DNA of 64,000 nt. Origin: Microbotryum violaceum (Eukaryota). The notes below the pieces were generated by a model. That model did not search any database. It was not told where the DNA came from and saw only the letters and a program-made list of their open reading frames with translations. The translations under genes and the position numbers were made by a program. The DNA lies in assembly GCA_001244265.2 (NCBI GenBank), contig CDLV01000006.1, positions 1,302,001 through 1,366,000 on the forward strand. The letters run 5' to 3'. This document shows positions 1-11,936 of the stretch, piece after piece (position 1 is the first letter of the stretch; each line of letters opens with the position of its first letter).

Positions 1-2434
1 CTCACTCGCATCCTCCAAGTCTGATAAATTGGGATCAATCTCGGTATTAGCGCATCTTTTATGCATGTTTTCCTGTGCGTAACTCGACCCGACATGTGGG
101 TGCTACAAGGTATAAACCTGACCGAGCGCGCACCGCAGCTGGTACCGCCAAGACATGAAGAAAGCCTTTCGCAAGTGGCAGACGAGGACGCAAGATGACC
201 CGCACTACCTCAAGATGTTGGCGTGTTCGTCACAATTCTGAGAGAAGAGGCTCGGCTCCCAGAACCTGAACTGATCGCGACCCCCGGCTAGACGCAGATC
301 CCGAGTGTGGGATGCTCATTTACGCCGGCGTGTCCGCAGCCGGGTTCGTGATGGCCCTTGCGACCCTTTATGCAGCTCACTCGGGTATGCCCTGGTACGC
401 GCTCGTGATCGGCTGCCTCTACGCAGCTATCGAGTTACCGAGTGAGGTCTGGCGATACAACGTTGCAGCTCTGGCCGAAGCTGACGGCGCGCGCTTTCGG
501 GTTCCTGCCAGTCGATTGCGTCATATCCTCAATCACCGGTAGCGGAGTAGTCGGCTCCAACATGACGCGAATGTCAGTGAGAAAATTGCACTAGATCTCA
601 GTCCCGCTGTAGGAGCTGACTCAATGACACCCACCTTAACAGCCTGGGCGCAGCTTTGGTACCGAGCAACGCTCGCGCGAGTCTGTACTTCCAGGTGAGC
701 CTTACGACACTCAGGAAGGGCTTGCTTCCTTCGACTGAGAATGTAGTCATCAGCTCTACAGCAGCAACAGTGTTGCGCAAGGGGCTAAGATGGTCGCAGA
801 TCTCAAGGTGAGCCTCATCTCGGGCTCGGAGTGCGTCGCCTCAAATCCATGCAGCAGTGGTCTGACCCCTATCTCGTTCAAATGGCTACAGCTGGGCCAA
901 GTGAGTGTCCATCATTTTAGATCGGGGTCAAATTAATATGCTGAGCCCTTGTCACGACTGCCATCTGAGTAGTACACCAAAGTTGGTCTTGAAGCAGGGC
1001 GACGGCTCGGGTTCAACACGCTGATCTGACTCTTCCCTACCATCACACAGGTGCCGCCGCGTGCAATGTTTGTAAGTCTCCGATGGACGTCAACCAGTCT
1101 CCTAAGTGAGAGAGCATAACTGAGTATTCCCTCTGACAGATCGTTCAATCCGCCGGCACGATTGTTGGATCGATTCTGAGTCTCGTCGTCGTGAGTGTAG
1201 AGCCTCGTTCGTAGTCACTCTGAGCGCGCGTGGAGCTAAAGGGAGGATATCTTCTCAGATGAACTCCATCATCGACTCTCATCGCGAGATACTATTGAGC
1301 GTTGAAGGGTCAAATCTATGGTCGGGGAATATCGTCCAGTCCTTCAATTCCGATGTACGTCAACGTCCGGAAAGCTTAGTTTTTACAGCTCTGTGAATAG
1401 GGATGAGCTGACTTATAAGTACTATCACTCCTAGGCCGTGACGTGAGTTCTGACCACCTCCTATCGTGGAAGCAAGGTACTTAGCTCATGTACTCATTCC
1501 TTTGCCCAAAGCTGGGGTGCATTGGGGACAGAAATGGTGAGTTAGGGCACCATGTCTACGTCTCAGAATACTGATCCGACGAACATGTTCTACACCGCAG
1601 TGGGGTCCTCGTAGGTGTTCGGGGCCACTTCTCAGACGGGTTTTTCCGTATGATCTCACGCGTAATATATCCTATTAAACCACTCACAGATAGCAAATAC
1701 TTCATCGTACCACTTGGACTAGGTATGACGGGCAGCGTTCTTTACCGCCGAAAAAGAATTTGAGTCTCCTGACACGTCCCATCGCCGACCTTCAGTCATC
1801 GGCCTCTTCATCCCGATCCCTGTCTGGTTGGGTCACAAATGTTTCCCCAAACTCCAACTCGACCAAGTAGTCACGCCCATCATCTGTTTCTCCCTCGGCT
1901 ACCTCTCCGTGCGTAGCCCCATACCGTCGTGACCCGCAAAGGGCGTGTCGCAGCCTGAGAGCGCTGAGTCTCGAAGTCGTCCTTGAGCAGGTCGGCATCA
2001 ACTCAAGCGTCATGGCCACCTTCATCATCAGCTTTTGGTCCCAATTCTACCTCCGTAAGAAGCGAGCGAATTTCTTTCGGAAATACAACTACCTCCTCGC
2101 TGCGGCTTTAGACGTAAGTTGCGGTTAGGCAATCCTCTTCGATATTTCAGACTCGTTCCTAGGCGTATACTCGGACCCATCTATTAATTACCTTTCTTTA
2201 CTCTCACTAGGGCGGAACGCAACTGATGGTTTTCGTCTCGACCTTCGCGATCAACGGTGGAGCGGGCAAGCAATACACCTTCCTCCAATGGGCTTTGAAC
2301 CCACCGGGTCACTACGACTGTAAGGTCCCGTTCCGGAGCAAGTTGTCCGCCTCGTCTCACTCAGCTGATCACTGCTGGCATGCGGCCCGGGGTATGTGTC
2401 AGACTGCGCTTCGAGTGCGACGACCGACGGCTAG
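1..2434 (+). CDS. OPT-family oligopeptide transporter, multi-exon; 5' part lies outside the window
   Basis: Spliced translation gives OPT motifs DLKLGQYTKVPPRAMF, WSGNIVQSFNS, WGALG, SQFYLRKKRANFFRKYNYLLAAALDGGTQ and WALNPPGHYDYC; stop TAG at 2432-2434. Confidence 0.9.
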
Positions 2435-3375
2435 TAGGTGTCGGCCCGTCATCCCGGTCGTCCCCGCTGGCGAAAACCCTTCATGCAAAGTAAATTCATT
2501 CTCCCCCTTTGACTTCCACCCGGCGATTTGTGGCCTGATATAGCTACCAATGCAACCCGTTCTACACGTTATAGTTGTCGTCCACAGTAAAGCGTTCGTA
2601 TACGATGACCTCTCCGCAGCTTGGTGATAAGGCAGTCGAAGTTGCGGATACGACTAATCCCTGACCATCCGAGAGTAGTCATGCCAGAATGAAAGTCAAT
2701 CAATCATCTGTTCATTGCGTTATGTAGTTGCAAGGACCAGTATCCTTGGGCTATAGAGTCGTGATGATCACCTCGCCCAGTAGAGGAGGACTCTGCTTTG
2801 CCCTCTGCGGTGTTCACTTGTGTTGCCTGGGATGTTGACGACGATGTGGTACTTCTGTGAGAGGACGCGTTGGGGGCTAGCCCAAAGTGCGAATGTGAGC
2901 GGCGTTTCGCACACATCGTGGTGGCAGACGGGTCTGATCGTGCCTTGAGACGAGCCTTGAACTAATGTGTGAGCTGCTGTTCAAGCCTCCCCTTCTTCAC
3001 TTCTGCCGATGCCGAGCCGAGCGCCAACCGCCGAATGCCGAAGGCGGCCGAGCGCGCGACTGAACTGAGCGAATTCGCGGACAGGGGACCAAGCACCCCA
3101 GATCGAGGCCAACGGTCCATCCCTCGAAAAGACCGAGTACCTGGTCGATCAAGCTCGATCAAGGCTCGGCAGCTAGTTTGAGCTCCAAGGACCACCCCAG
3201 AGTTTGAGATAGCCGCATTCATTGTCGTTTGATATGTGTCTGTGCCTGTGGTATCTGCGCGGATGCGCGTGCGTTTAGTCATTAGTCACTTTGGTATTGG
3301 AGTTTGATCTGTTTAAGTTAGGGAGCGCGCGGGGCTTTTCTTCCCGCGCGGCTGTTTACTCTTGGTAGCTTTCTC

Positions 3376-3519
3376 ATCACTCGCTCTACATTGTGGTCCT
3401 GACTTCTCGGTGTCGTGCACCCTCACCTATTGGAAGGTTAGTTATGGAATACTTATTATCACTCGCTCTACATTGTGGTCCTGATTTCTCGGTGTCGTGC
3501 ATCCTCACCTATCGGAAGG
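3376..3519. repeat. Direct repeat, two ~62-bp copies with 82-bp period
   Basis: atcactcgctctacattgtggtcctga(c/t)ttctcggtgtcgtgca(c/t)cctcacctat(t/c)ggaagg starting at 3376 and 3458. Confidence 0.9.
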
Positions 3520-5256
3520 CTTTACTTCCGCGCTCTCATCGTTTCTGCGATATTCATTATAGTAGGTGTTGCCCCAGCAGCTTTGTTTGAGCTGCGGCGA
3601 CCTCGATTCACTGCGAATTCCGACACGGAGCTGGGTTGCGATGCGGGGTCCACCGTGACTCGAGAGCTCCGAGACAGCGATCTGACGGAAGAAAGGATGT
3701 CCCTGCGTATCCAATGAATCGGATCTAGATCGAGTAGACGCCTTCAGCTTCAGAGGTAATCCGGCTGCTTACGAGACAATAGGTCGTAGGCTGCAGTTCA
3801 AGATAGTAGCTCAGTTTTCGAGTAAGTCATACTTGGGCATGGGCATGCGTGACTGAGAGTCTGGGCCTCATCATTGAATTGCACGAATAAACTCTGCCAT
3901 GCACTTTCATTCACGTTGGTATATGCGCTGGTGACTCGGCCGCACCCGAGTACCCCGTGCTCGATTTCCGGCGGTTCAACGGGCTCGCAGCCGAGGCGCC
4001 GAGACTTTACGGGTATTTCCGCGTGCTGCTTAGGGTTCTACACGCGCCTGAACTGGATCCGAGTTCACCTCAGCGTCCTACGATGGGTGTTTGTTGGCCC
4101 GGGAGCGGTAGCGGGAAATGTCGGAACATCGACTCTTGCCAGCAGCCACGAATTAAAGATGCACACCAGCAGCCGAGGACGGAGTAGGTGTTTCGAATGA
4201 TCGATTATGGGCCGGTGGGTTGACTCTGCGACTTTCGGCGCACTTAAGTGCCTTGATCAAACTCTCGGCACCCGCTCATTCCGATCAAGATGTGAGTTCA
4301 GTTTGAATCTCAACCGCCATGTAGTCTCACTCTCAGATGTCGGGTTCAAGGTCGAGTCAGTCGGACCAGAACTCGGAACGCCGATCGGCTGATTTCGTCG
4401 GGGCCGGATCCGCGCAGATGTGACCACTCACTGCCTCATCGACGATCAGCTCCATTCACCACGAAGAAGCATTTGGTCCCATGACCGCTTAAATGTGACG
4501 TCAGTACATGACTCCTTCCCTTTCTTGTCCATACATGAACTGTTTTCGAGCGTGGGCCCTCGTTTCTCAAGTATTGGCCCCGACTTCGTCATCTGGCTGA
4601 GTAGGCGAGAGCATGCACCAACCGCCTGGACCGCTGACACTCCCGGCTCTGTTTCTGTCTCCCTTCCCGCTTTCCGACACTCTCGGCTCGAACCAAACGC
4701 GACCCCCTCGGATCTACCCGCACTGTTCCCATCTCCCACAACAACTTGGGGTCACTTGCTGCCTAGGAGACTCGCACGCCGCGTTCCGTTTGCAGCGTGC
4801 ACGTGCACTCGAGTGCCGATTGGCCCGCGTGCGCTGTGGATTGGGTCGCTCTTGGCTCGACCTCGGACTCGACCTCGAGTAGCGGGTCCTTTGCTGTTCA
4901 CCTTGGACCCATCTGATCGGTGAGTTAGAGCACGCATGTACTGGACGACCCTGAAACGTCGTGTGGCTCGACATGGACGAGGGACCACGCGTGATGGCTG
5001 CATTCACCGTCGTCGAGTCTTCGGCGTTCGCGGCCGTCGTCGTGGGAAACTCGGCGCTCTCCCTCGACTCTCGATTGGCGTGCCCGGCTGGGGTCGCCAT
5101 CGACGCTCGCTCGCCTGCCCCCCCCATACATGGTATTGCACGCACTGTTGCACATGCTGACCACGTGCGATCTCGGTTGATCTTGTTTGGTTTCGCAAGC
5201 AGTTGTCGTGCCTAGCCTGCAGAGAAGCGCAAGTGCTCCGGTGGCCGCGCAAGTGC

Positions 5257-7375
5257 ATGTCCAAGTCACGCCAATCGTTGTCGACGCTTGCCTCGTCGCT
5301 GCAGCTGGCGTCGCTCGCCCGAGTCAACCCAGCCGCGCGTCAGGTGCAGGCCGCCCAGCGCTCAGCAGTCGCCGCGACCTCCGCCGTCCAGAACCATACC
5401 CGCCAGAACCACCACCACGTCGGAAATTCAGCTGTCTATCGTGTCGTGTGCGATGTCCAGGGGAGTTGCTTCGTCGTAAAGCGACACCGACGTCCAGCCA
5501 GCCCCGAATCCGCCGCAGCGTCGGCCTCGGCCTCGGCGTCGTCTAACCGTAGGGCCCCCTCTGCTCTCGGCGGTCCTCGACGGCCGTCAACGCCGATAGC
5601 GGCATCAACATCCTCTTCAGCCTCTTCGGCTCTCGGAACTTCTCAGTCATCATGTAGATCCGCCAGTACTTTGGCCTCGTCATCGAGTAGTCTGGGTCGT
5701 TCGCCATCGATTTCTACAACTGCAGCAGCTGCAACAGCGTCAAGTTCAGCCTCCCTGTGTCGGGCATCAACTCCTCCGTCTTCGCCGAACCCGGTCGCCT
5801 ACTTTCACTCGAATGCTCGAGCTGCACACCAGCAACCTGCGCATGCCTCTTCTTTGAACCTCATTCCTCCGCCACCTCCGCCATCCTCTGCGTCCAGTTC
5901 GGGTCAGCACTCGGGCAGTTCTGGCTCGGACAGCTTGCCCTCGAACGATCCGTCCTCGCTCCTGTCGAGTCCGCACCACCACATCTCGGCCTCGCGCACA
6001 ACGTTATCCTCTGATGGGCCATCTTCATCCTCCTCGACCCAGTCCACGTCAGCGTCGACCAGCACCTCTTCTTCTGCCCCAGTCGCTGCCTCCTCAGGCG
6101 CAGCAGCCTTGTTCAGTTCCGACCACGCCCGTTCTTTCCCCCACCACGCCCTACCGAGCTTCTTTGGCACCTCGTTGAGCATTGCGCGAAGAAGCAATCT
6201 TGTATTCAGGAATGGCGCGTATGGAATACCCAAAGCCGGGAGGGAGAAGGATCTGGCTACGAAGGGGAAGGAGAAGGCCGATGGAGAAATGGGCGAGCTG
6301 GATCATTATCTCAGCATCAGCATTGGAGAGGATGCCGTGAGTCTTCGCTGAAAAGGAAAAAATAAGCTTAATGATAAGTGACTAATTATACGCGGTTGTG
6401 CATGGCGCAGTACTTTTTAAGGACGGATTCTCTCGGTGTCGCTGATGGAGTCGGTGGATGGTCAGGCCATGCCGGTGCAAACCCGGCCAGGTGGTCGCGC
6501 AAGTTGATGCATCGTGAGTCGGCCTGCTTGCCTCGCGCCCGATTTCTCGTGGACGTTTATGAACTCAACCAATCATTAAAACTGCTCACAGACTGCTCCA
6601 ACGAGCTAGCACGCTACGAGAACGTCGACGACGAGTTGTTCTTGCGATACTACGAAGTCGATCCCGTCGAGGTCCTGCAGAGAGCGTTCGAAAAGAGTCT
6701 CGCGGAATGCAAAGATGAGGTGAGGACTTCTTGTCGGCGCAAATACGAATGAAGAGGGAACACGCACTGATCGGGGCTTGTACTACAATGTAGGGCGTTA
6801 TTGGTTCGTCGACCGCTTTGCTCGCCGTTTTGCGCAATGATGAATTGCGTCTCGCGAACATGGGCGATTGCTGCTGCTGCATAATCCGTGGCAACGACTA
6901 CATCTTCCGCTCAGAGGAACAACAGCATTCCTTCAACTTCCCGTTCCAGGCCGGCACGACGTCCAAGGACACGCCCATCAAGGATGCGCAGAGGTTCAAT
7001 ATCAAGGTCCAAAAGGACGACATCGTTATCCTGTCCTCCGACGGCCTGATGGACAACCTCTACGACGAAGACATCTTGGAAGAAGTGCTGAGATTCGTGG
7101 CTTTGAAACCCGCGCCGACCGCTTCGACTTCAGGCTCTGCACCCCATGCCGTCACGGGACCGAGGTACACGCTGAATCGATTCTCGCCGCAAGCCGTCTC
7201 CGAGGCGCTCAGTCTCCGAGCGAAGAGCGTCTACGAGGACCCACGTGCCGTCAGTTCACCCTTCCAACAGCGCGCCGTCGAGGAAGGCATTCACTTTGTC
7301 GGTGGCAAGAGGGACGATATCACGACTTTGATTGGCGTCGTTGGCGAATTGGAAGCTAGTCCGGACAGGAGATGA
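5257..7375 (+). CDS. PTC7: PP2C-family protein phosphatase, PTC7 type, with a long Ser-rich N-terminus
   Basis: Motifs GEDA|YF, LGVADGVGGW, GSSTA, ANMGDC, EQQHSFNFPFQ, SSDGLMDNL and GGKRDDIT; introns 6337-6410, 6514-6591, 6720-6793. Confidence 0.9.
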
Positions 7376-7888
7376 CACCCCACTCATTCTCAGCCATCCC
7401 AAGCAGACATATGTATACTCCATTCCCCGACCCCTTTGTTGTTGATGTTGATGTAGATGACACCCCGAGCAAGAGTTTTATTCTCAGCTTTCGTATCTCT
7501 TGCACCCTTTTGGCGTCACCACGCTTGCCCCTCTTTGGCAACGCCGGTTTTCTGCCTGTTTTTGAGTGTCACCCTATGGAGCAATACAGTCTCTTTGTCT
7601 CCACCTTTGTTCTTGCTTGTACCTTAAACGCGAACAGTTCATAATTTCAAGGGCATGCCACTCAACACACCTCAGCAGGGTTTACCCGAATTCAGATACC
7701 AGATGCGTATTCAATTGCATTTGAACGTATGCTTGCGAAACGGTGTATATAAGTGGAATGAGCCTTGTGGATGCGTCAGGATGAAAACGTGGCACGAAGA
7801 GTGTTGTTGGTCTTGAGTTGGATGTTACCCAAGGATCTTCCTTGGGTTCTCTTCTCCCGGAAGCTCCTTCCTATGCAACAACTCCCAT

Positions 7889-9625
7889 TTACGCCTTCTT
7901 GCCCCAAACCTCCTCAACGACCTCCTGGCAAAGCTGGATCTTGGCCCACTGTTCTTCCTGCGTCAACTCGTTCCCATGCACAGTCGAAGCGAACCCGCAC
8001 TGGCACCCCACGCTCAACTGCTCCAAAGGCGCATATTGCGCCGCTTCGCGGATACGCGCGATGACCTCCTTCTTGTCCTCGAGCTTGCCCGTCTTGGTCG
8101 AGATGAGACCGAGCGTGACGGTCTTGTGGCCCTTGGGGAGGTGGCGCAGGGGCTCGAAGCCACCGGAGCGCGAGTCGTCGTATTCGAGGAGGTATTGATC
8201 GACGTTGAGATCCTTGAGCAAGACTGTTTGGATCGAAGGAGGGGTGAAAAGAGTCAGCACCTCGGCTCATTTGAGCGTTCCCACCAGATGACTGCGTCTT
8301 GGACTGACCTTCGGCAACGGGCTCGTATCCACCACTGGCGAACGACCTCGATCGGAAGTTACCACGGCACAAGTGGATCGCGACCGTCATATCCTCGGGC
8401 TTGTCCTTCAAAGCGGCGTTGATCAACTTGGCGTAGTTGGAAGGCAATTGTCGGACGTCCTCGCCTCGCTCCTCGGCTGCTTTCCTCATCTCGTCCGAGC
8501 ACAGGTAGGCCTACGGGATAGCAACACCCTTCGTTATTTTCGGTGGCATAACTCGGGGAGAAAAGCCTTGCTCACTAAGTTGGTGTCATCCAACTGGATG
8601 TACCTCGCGCCGGCCTTGTAAAGCGCATCGATCTCAGCCCGGTAAACGGCGGCCAAGTCTTCGAAAAAGTCCTCGATGTTGGGGTACGAGTTGATGTCGA
8701 TTGCGGCGCGGCCGCCTCGGAAGTGCACCATCGTAGGCGAAGGGATTGCGACCTTGACTTCGGTGCCTTCGGCCGAGAGGCACGACTTGACGAATTGGTA
8801 GTCGGCGACTTGGATCGGCCCGGTGCGAGCCAACTTGCCTGTGACGGTCAACTGGGGCGCTGTGCAGCAAAGTAAAACCTCGATTGGTGAGATTGAGTTG
8901 CTCAAAGATCGACCATCTTCGAATACTCACGTGCGGCCTCGGCTTTGCCCTCGACGAGCTTGTTCTGGGTGACCGTGACACCTCCGAGGTGCTTCAAGAA
9001 ATCGAGATGGAAGTATTCTCTCTATAAAATCGGAATGGAGGAAAGCGTAACGTCGCTCGCCTGAATCAGCACCCTGCCATGGGCAAGCCAACAAACCGAA
9101 ACCCCCTCTCCTATTCGGCCTGGGGTGACAACTTCCTGTTCACCGGTCGTATCGTCCGCTCGCGCGTCCCATACCGAAAGACTCACGCGGAACTCTCCAT
9201 CACTGATACCCTTGAGGCCCGCCTTCTCCTGCTGTTGCACAACGGTGCGGATCGCGTCGTCCTCGACCTTGCGCAGTTCGGCATCGGTGATCTTGCCCTC
9301 GAGATGGGCTTGACGAGCTTTGTGGATCTCCTTGGGGCGCAAGAACGAGCCGACTGCGATCGGTGCAGATGATTCATGTAAAAGACAGCCTGTCAGTCTT
9401 CTTGCGATTTCACCCTGATAGCAAAGAGATGTCGAGTCGAGTGGCATGGGGTGACACCATCCGGTAAGTCGGCATTCTTCAGAAGCCGGATGAAAATGTG
9501 GTCTTGAAATAGGCGCGGGGCTAGGGAGCGGCACTGCGGGGGAGAGGCTCATAGTGGATGCGACGCGGAGAGGGACACTGACCATGCTCGGTGCGGTTGA
9601 TGATGGGGTTCTTGGTGACGACCAT
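7889..9625 (-). CDS. Cobalamin-independent methionine synthase-like protein, catalytic barrel only (YxjH/core MetE-like)
   Basis: EHVGSFLRP, GISDGEFR, YIQLDDT, Zn-ligand motif HLCRGN, LLEYDD and QCGFAST; about 5 introns; ATG at 9625. Confidence 0.88.
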
Positions 9626-10017
9626 TTTGGTTACGGATATGGGGTGAACGGATTGTCTGGTGCGGACGGATGGAGGTAGGAGAGGGCCAGGGAGCGCTCA
9701 GCGAGCTCCACCGTGCGACGGGAGGGACCCTCCTACGCTTTGACGGCACGGCGGCACAACGGTTCAAGCGAACCCGAACTGCGAGTTCATGGGTCACGTG
9801 CTCTGGCCCGCGCGCACTCTTCCTACCCAACGCTCAGCGCTCAGCCGCGACTTGACGAGGCCTCTGCCCGATCACGTGAATCGCAGCACCCAAATCAGAC
9901 TGAATTGCGCGAGTCTACTCAGAAGATTCTATGATCCGAAGCACAGTGTATAGTTTGAAGCGATTACATGGCGGATACTGCAAAATCGACGAGCGCACCA
10001 ACGTTCAAACGTTGAAG

Positions 10018-11745
10018 TGCAGCAGCAAAATGGCCACGCGTGCGAACCCGCTTAAGGATTCGCCCGAGATTACGCGCGCTTAACAGCGCTTAACGGTGCA
10101 TAAGATGCGCATAAGGACGCATACGCGCATAAGAGCGCTTACGGACCGCTTTGCGTATGCAAACAAAGCGCGCGAGGAGTCTTAAGCGCGCCGTAAGAGG
10201 ACCCATGAAAGCCCAGCCTGACGCGCGTAGGTAAAATCCGGGAAAATCGCCGATTTTGGACCTCATTTGTCCACCATTTTTTGGAATTTTCGCCCAAAAA
10301 AGTCCCCAAAATGTCCAGTCCATCTACGCGCCTCAAAATATAGCTCTAGATTCGCTTCAAATGCTCTAAAACATCTTCAAAAATCGCGAAAACGCCGTCC
10401 GGACTTTTCGCTCGGGCCGAATTGGCGGAGCCCGCGCGCGCGTCAGCCGTTTCGGTTCTGCTTCGCCGAGGGCTCCTCACCTGCACTTACTGCCTGCCTC
10501 TTTGCCTATGATTTAACGTGGCCATAGTATATATGTAACGTACCACGAGAGGTAAGATCGATTGCAGTCACTCTGCGAAGCAGTAAGCTAGCTACAGTGA
10601 GATCTACGAACCCCCAGGTTCATTGAGGGGGTAATTGCTCCTCAACGAGCAGTGACGGCATCACCTCCAGAGCTCTAACGAAGGAACGTTGATCTTCGAT
10701 GCCGACACGCGGATAACTTCACCAACTCTTGGCTACTGAGAACAACCGAACGCATGCGCCCAGCGTGATCCATATGCCGCCAGATTCGACGTCGAAAGGC
10801 AGCCAATAATGATAGACGGGTGGCCTTGCCTACGCGCCGCAAGGATTGCTCCACAATCTTCAACTTGTCCCTCAAAGCATCGAGCGGCCTAGCAAGGGAT
10901 TCCAACTCGAGAGGCTCGTCTGTCAACCATGAAAGCTGTTTAAGCTGAATCCGGGTGCATTGGCTGGTTTGTCAAAGCTGGAGGCGAAAAGCTCAGACAC
11001 CCTCACGTCCAAGAGGGGTGCCATTCGCCCAAAATCATCGTCAAAGAGATCGATATCCGGACTTCTCCGTTTCGTCAAAGCAAGCCGTGCCGAGAATGTA
11101 GGATATTGGCGATGATGGCACAGACGACGTCGACGCGACGTGGCGGGGAAGGCAAGAGACGCGCGCACTCGAACGTTCAAATTTTCAAACGCTTCGTTCA
11201 ACTAGCCAAGAAGTTATAATTCATGAAACCCGAAGGTTAAAAGCAAGTCGATCAAATTAATTGTAGATTTGTAAGAATAAATGTTGGAAGTGCAAAATAT
11301 CCATCAATTAGAGCCGTTGTTGTGAATTCGGTACAGCCCGCGCGCACTCCCGCTGCTCTTGAGGGTCGGCAAACTTTGGCTTTCCCAGCCGCCGAAATGG
11401 GTCCCGATTTGTCCACTGAAACCTACGGGCCTAGGACCCCACCCACACCGGCGCACCATGATTTGTCCACCCCCGACTACGCGCCTTGGCGATTTTGGCC
11501 CATCTGAGGCCCAAAATTTGTCCAGTCGGGCGCTATGCGCCTCAGGCCGGGCTTTCGGGGGTCCTGCCGTAAGTGCCCCGTAAGTGCGCCGTAAGAGTCC
11601 CTTATCTAGGATACACTTAAGCGACACTTAACGCGCGCGCGGCTTAACGAGTGGTTAAGGGCGCTTAAGAGCAGCTTTAGGCCGCTTAACGACTGCTTTA
11701 CGAGGTTTCGCGCGCTTACGCGCGTTTGGCCATTTTGCTGATGTG
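10018..11745. mobile_element. Non-autonomous TIR DNA transposon with periodic subterminal repeats (CACTA/CMC-like architecture)
   Basis: Perfect 14-bp inverted repeat CAGCAAAATGGCCA (10023-10036) / TGGCCATTTTGCTG (11727-11740); GC-rich TTAA/TAAG repeat arrays inside both ends; the right terminus reads CACAT on the minus strand; no TSD visible. Confidence 0.75.
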
Positions 11746-11936
11746 TCCGAAAAGACATGAAGGCACGTCGGTCAGGATGGGATGGGAAAGGGGGGGGGGG
11801 GGCATGGAAATACAACAAGACAAAAGGGGTCTCAGGGAGAAAAGCCGAGGGGTGAAACGGCGCTTATACGAAACAACAGGGGACCATATAGCAGGCGCAA
11901 TGCCGCTTCTAGGCAGCAATATATTAAGATGGGCGA

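Noticed and set aside
2704..3282. Two in-frame minus-strand ORFs as a gene
   Set aside because: Interrupted by a stop, with no recognisable domain or splice model
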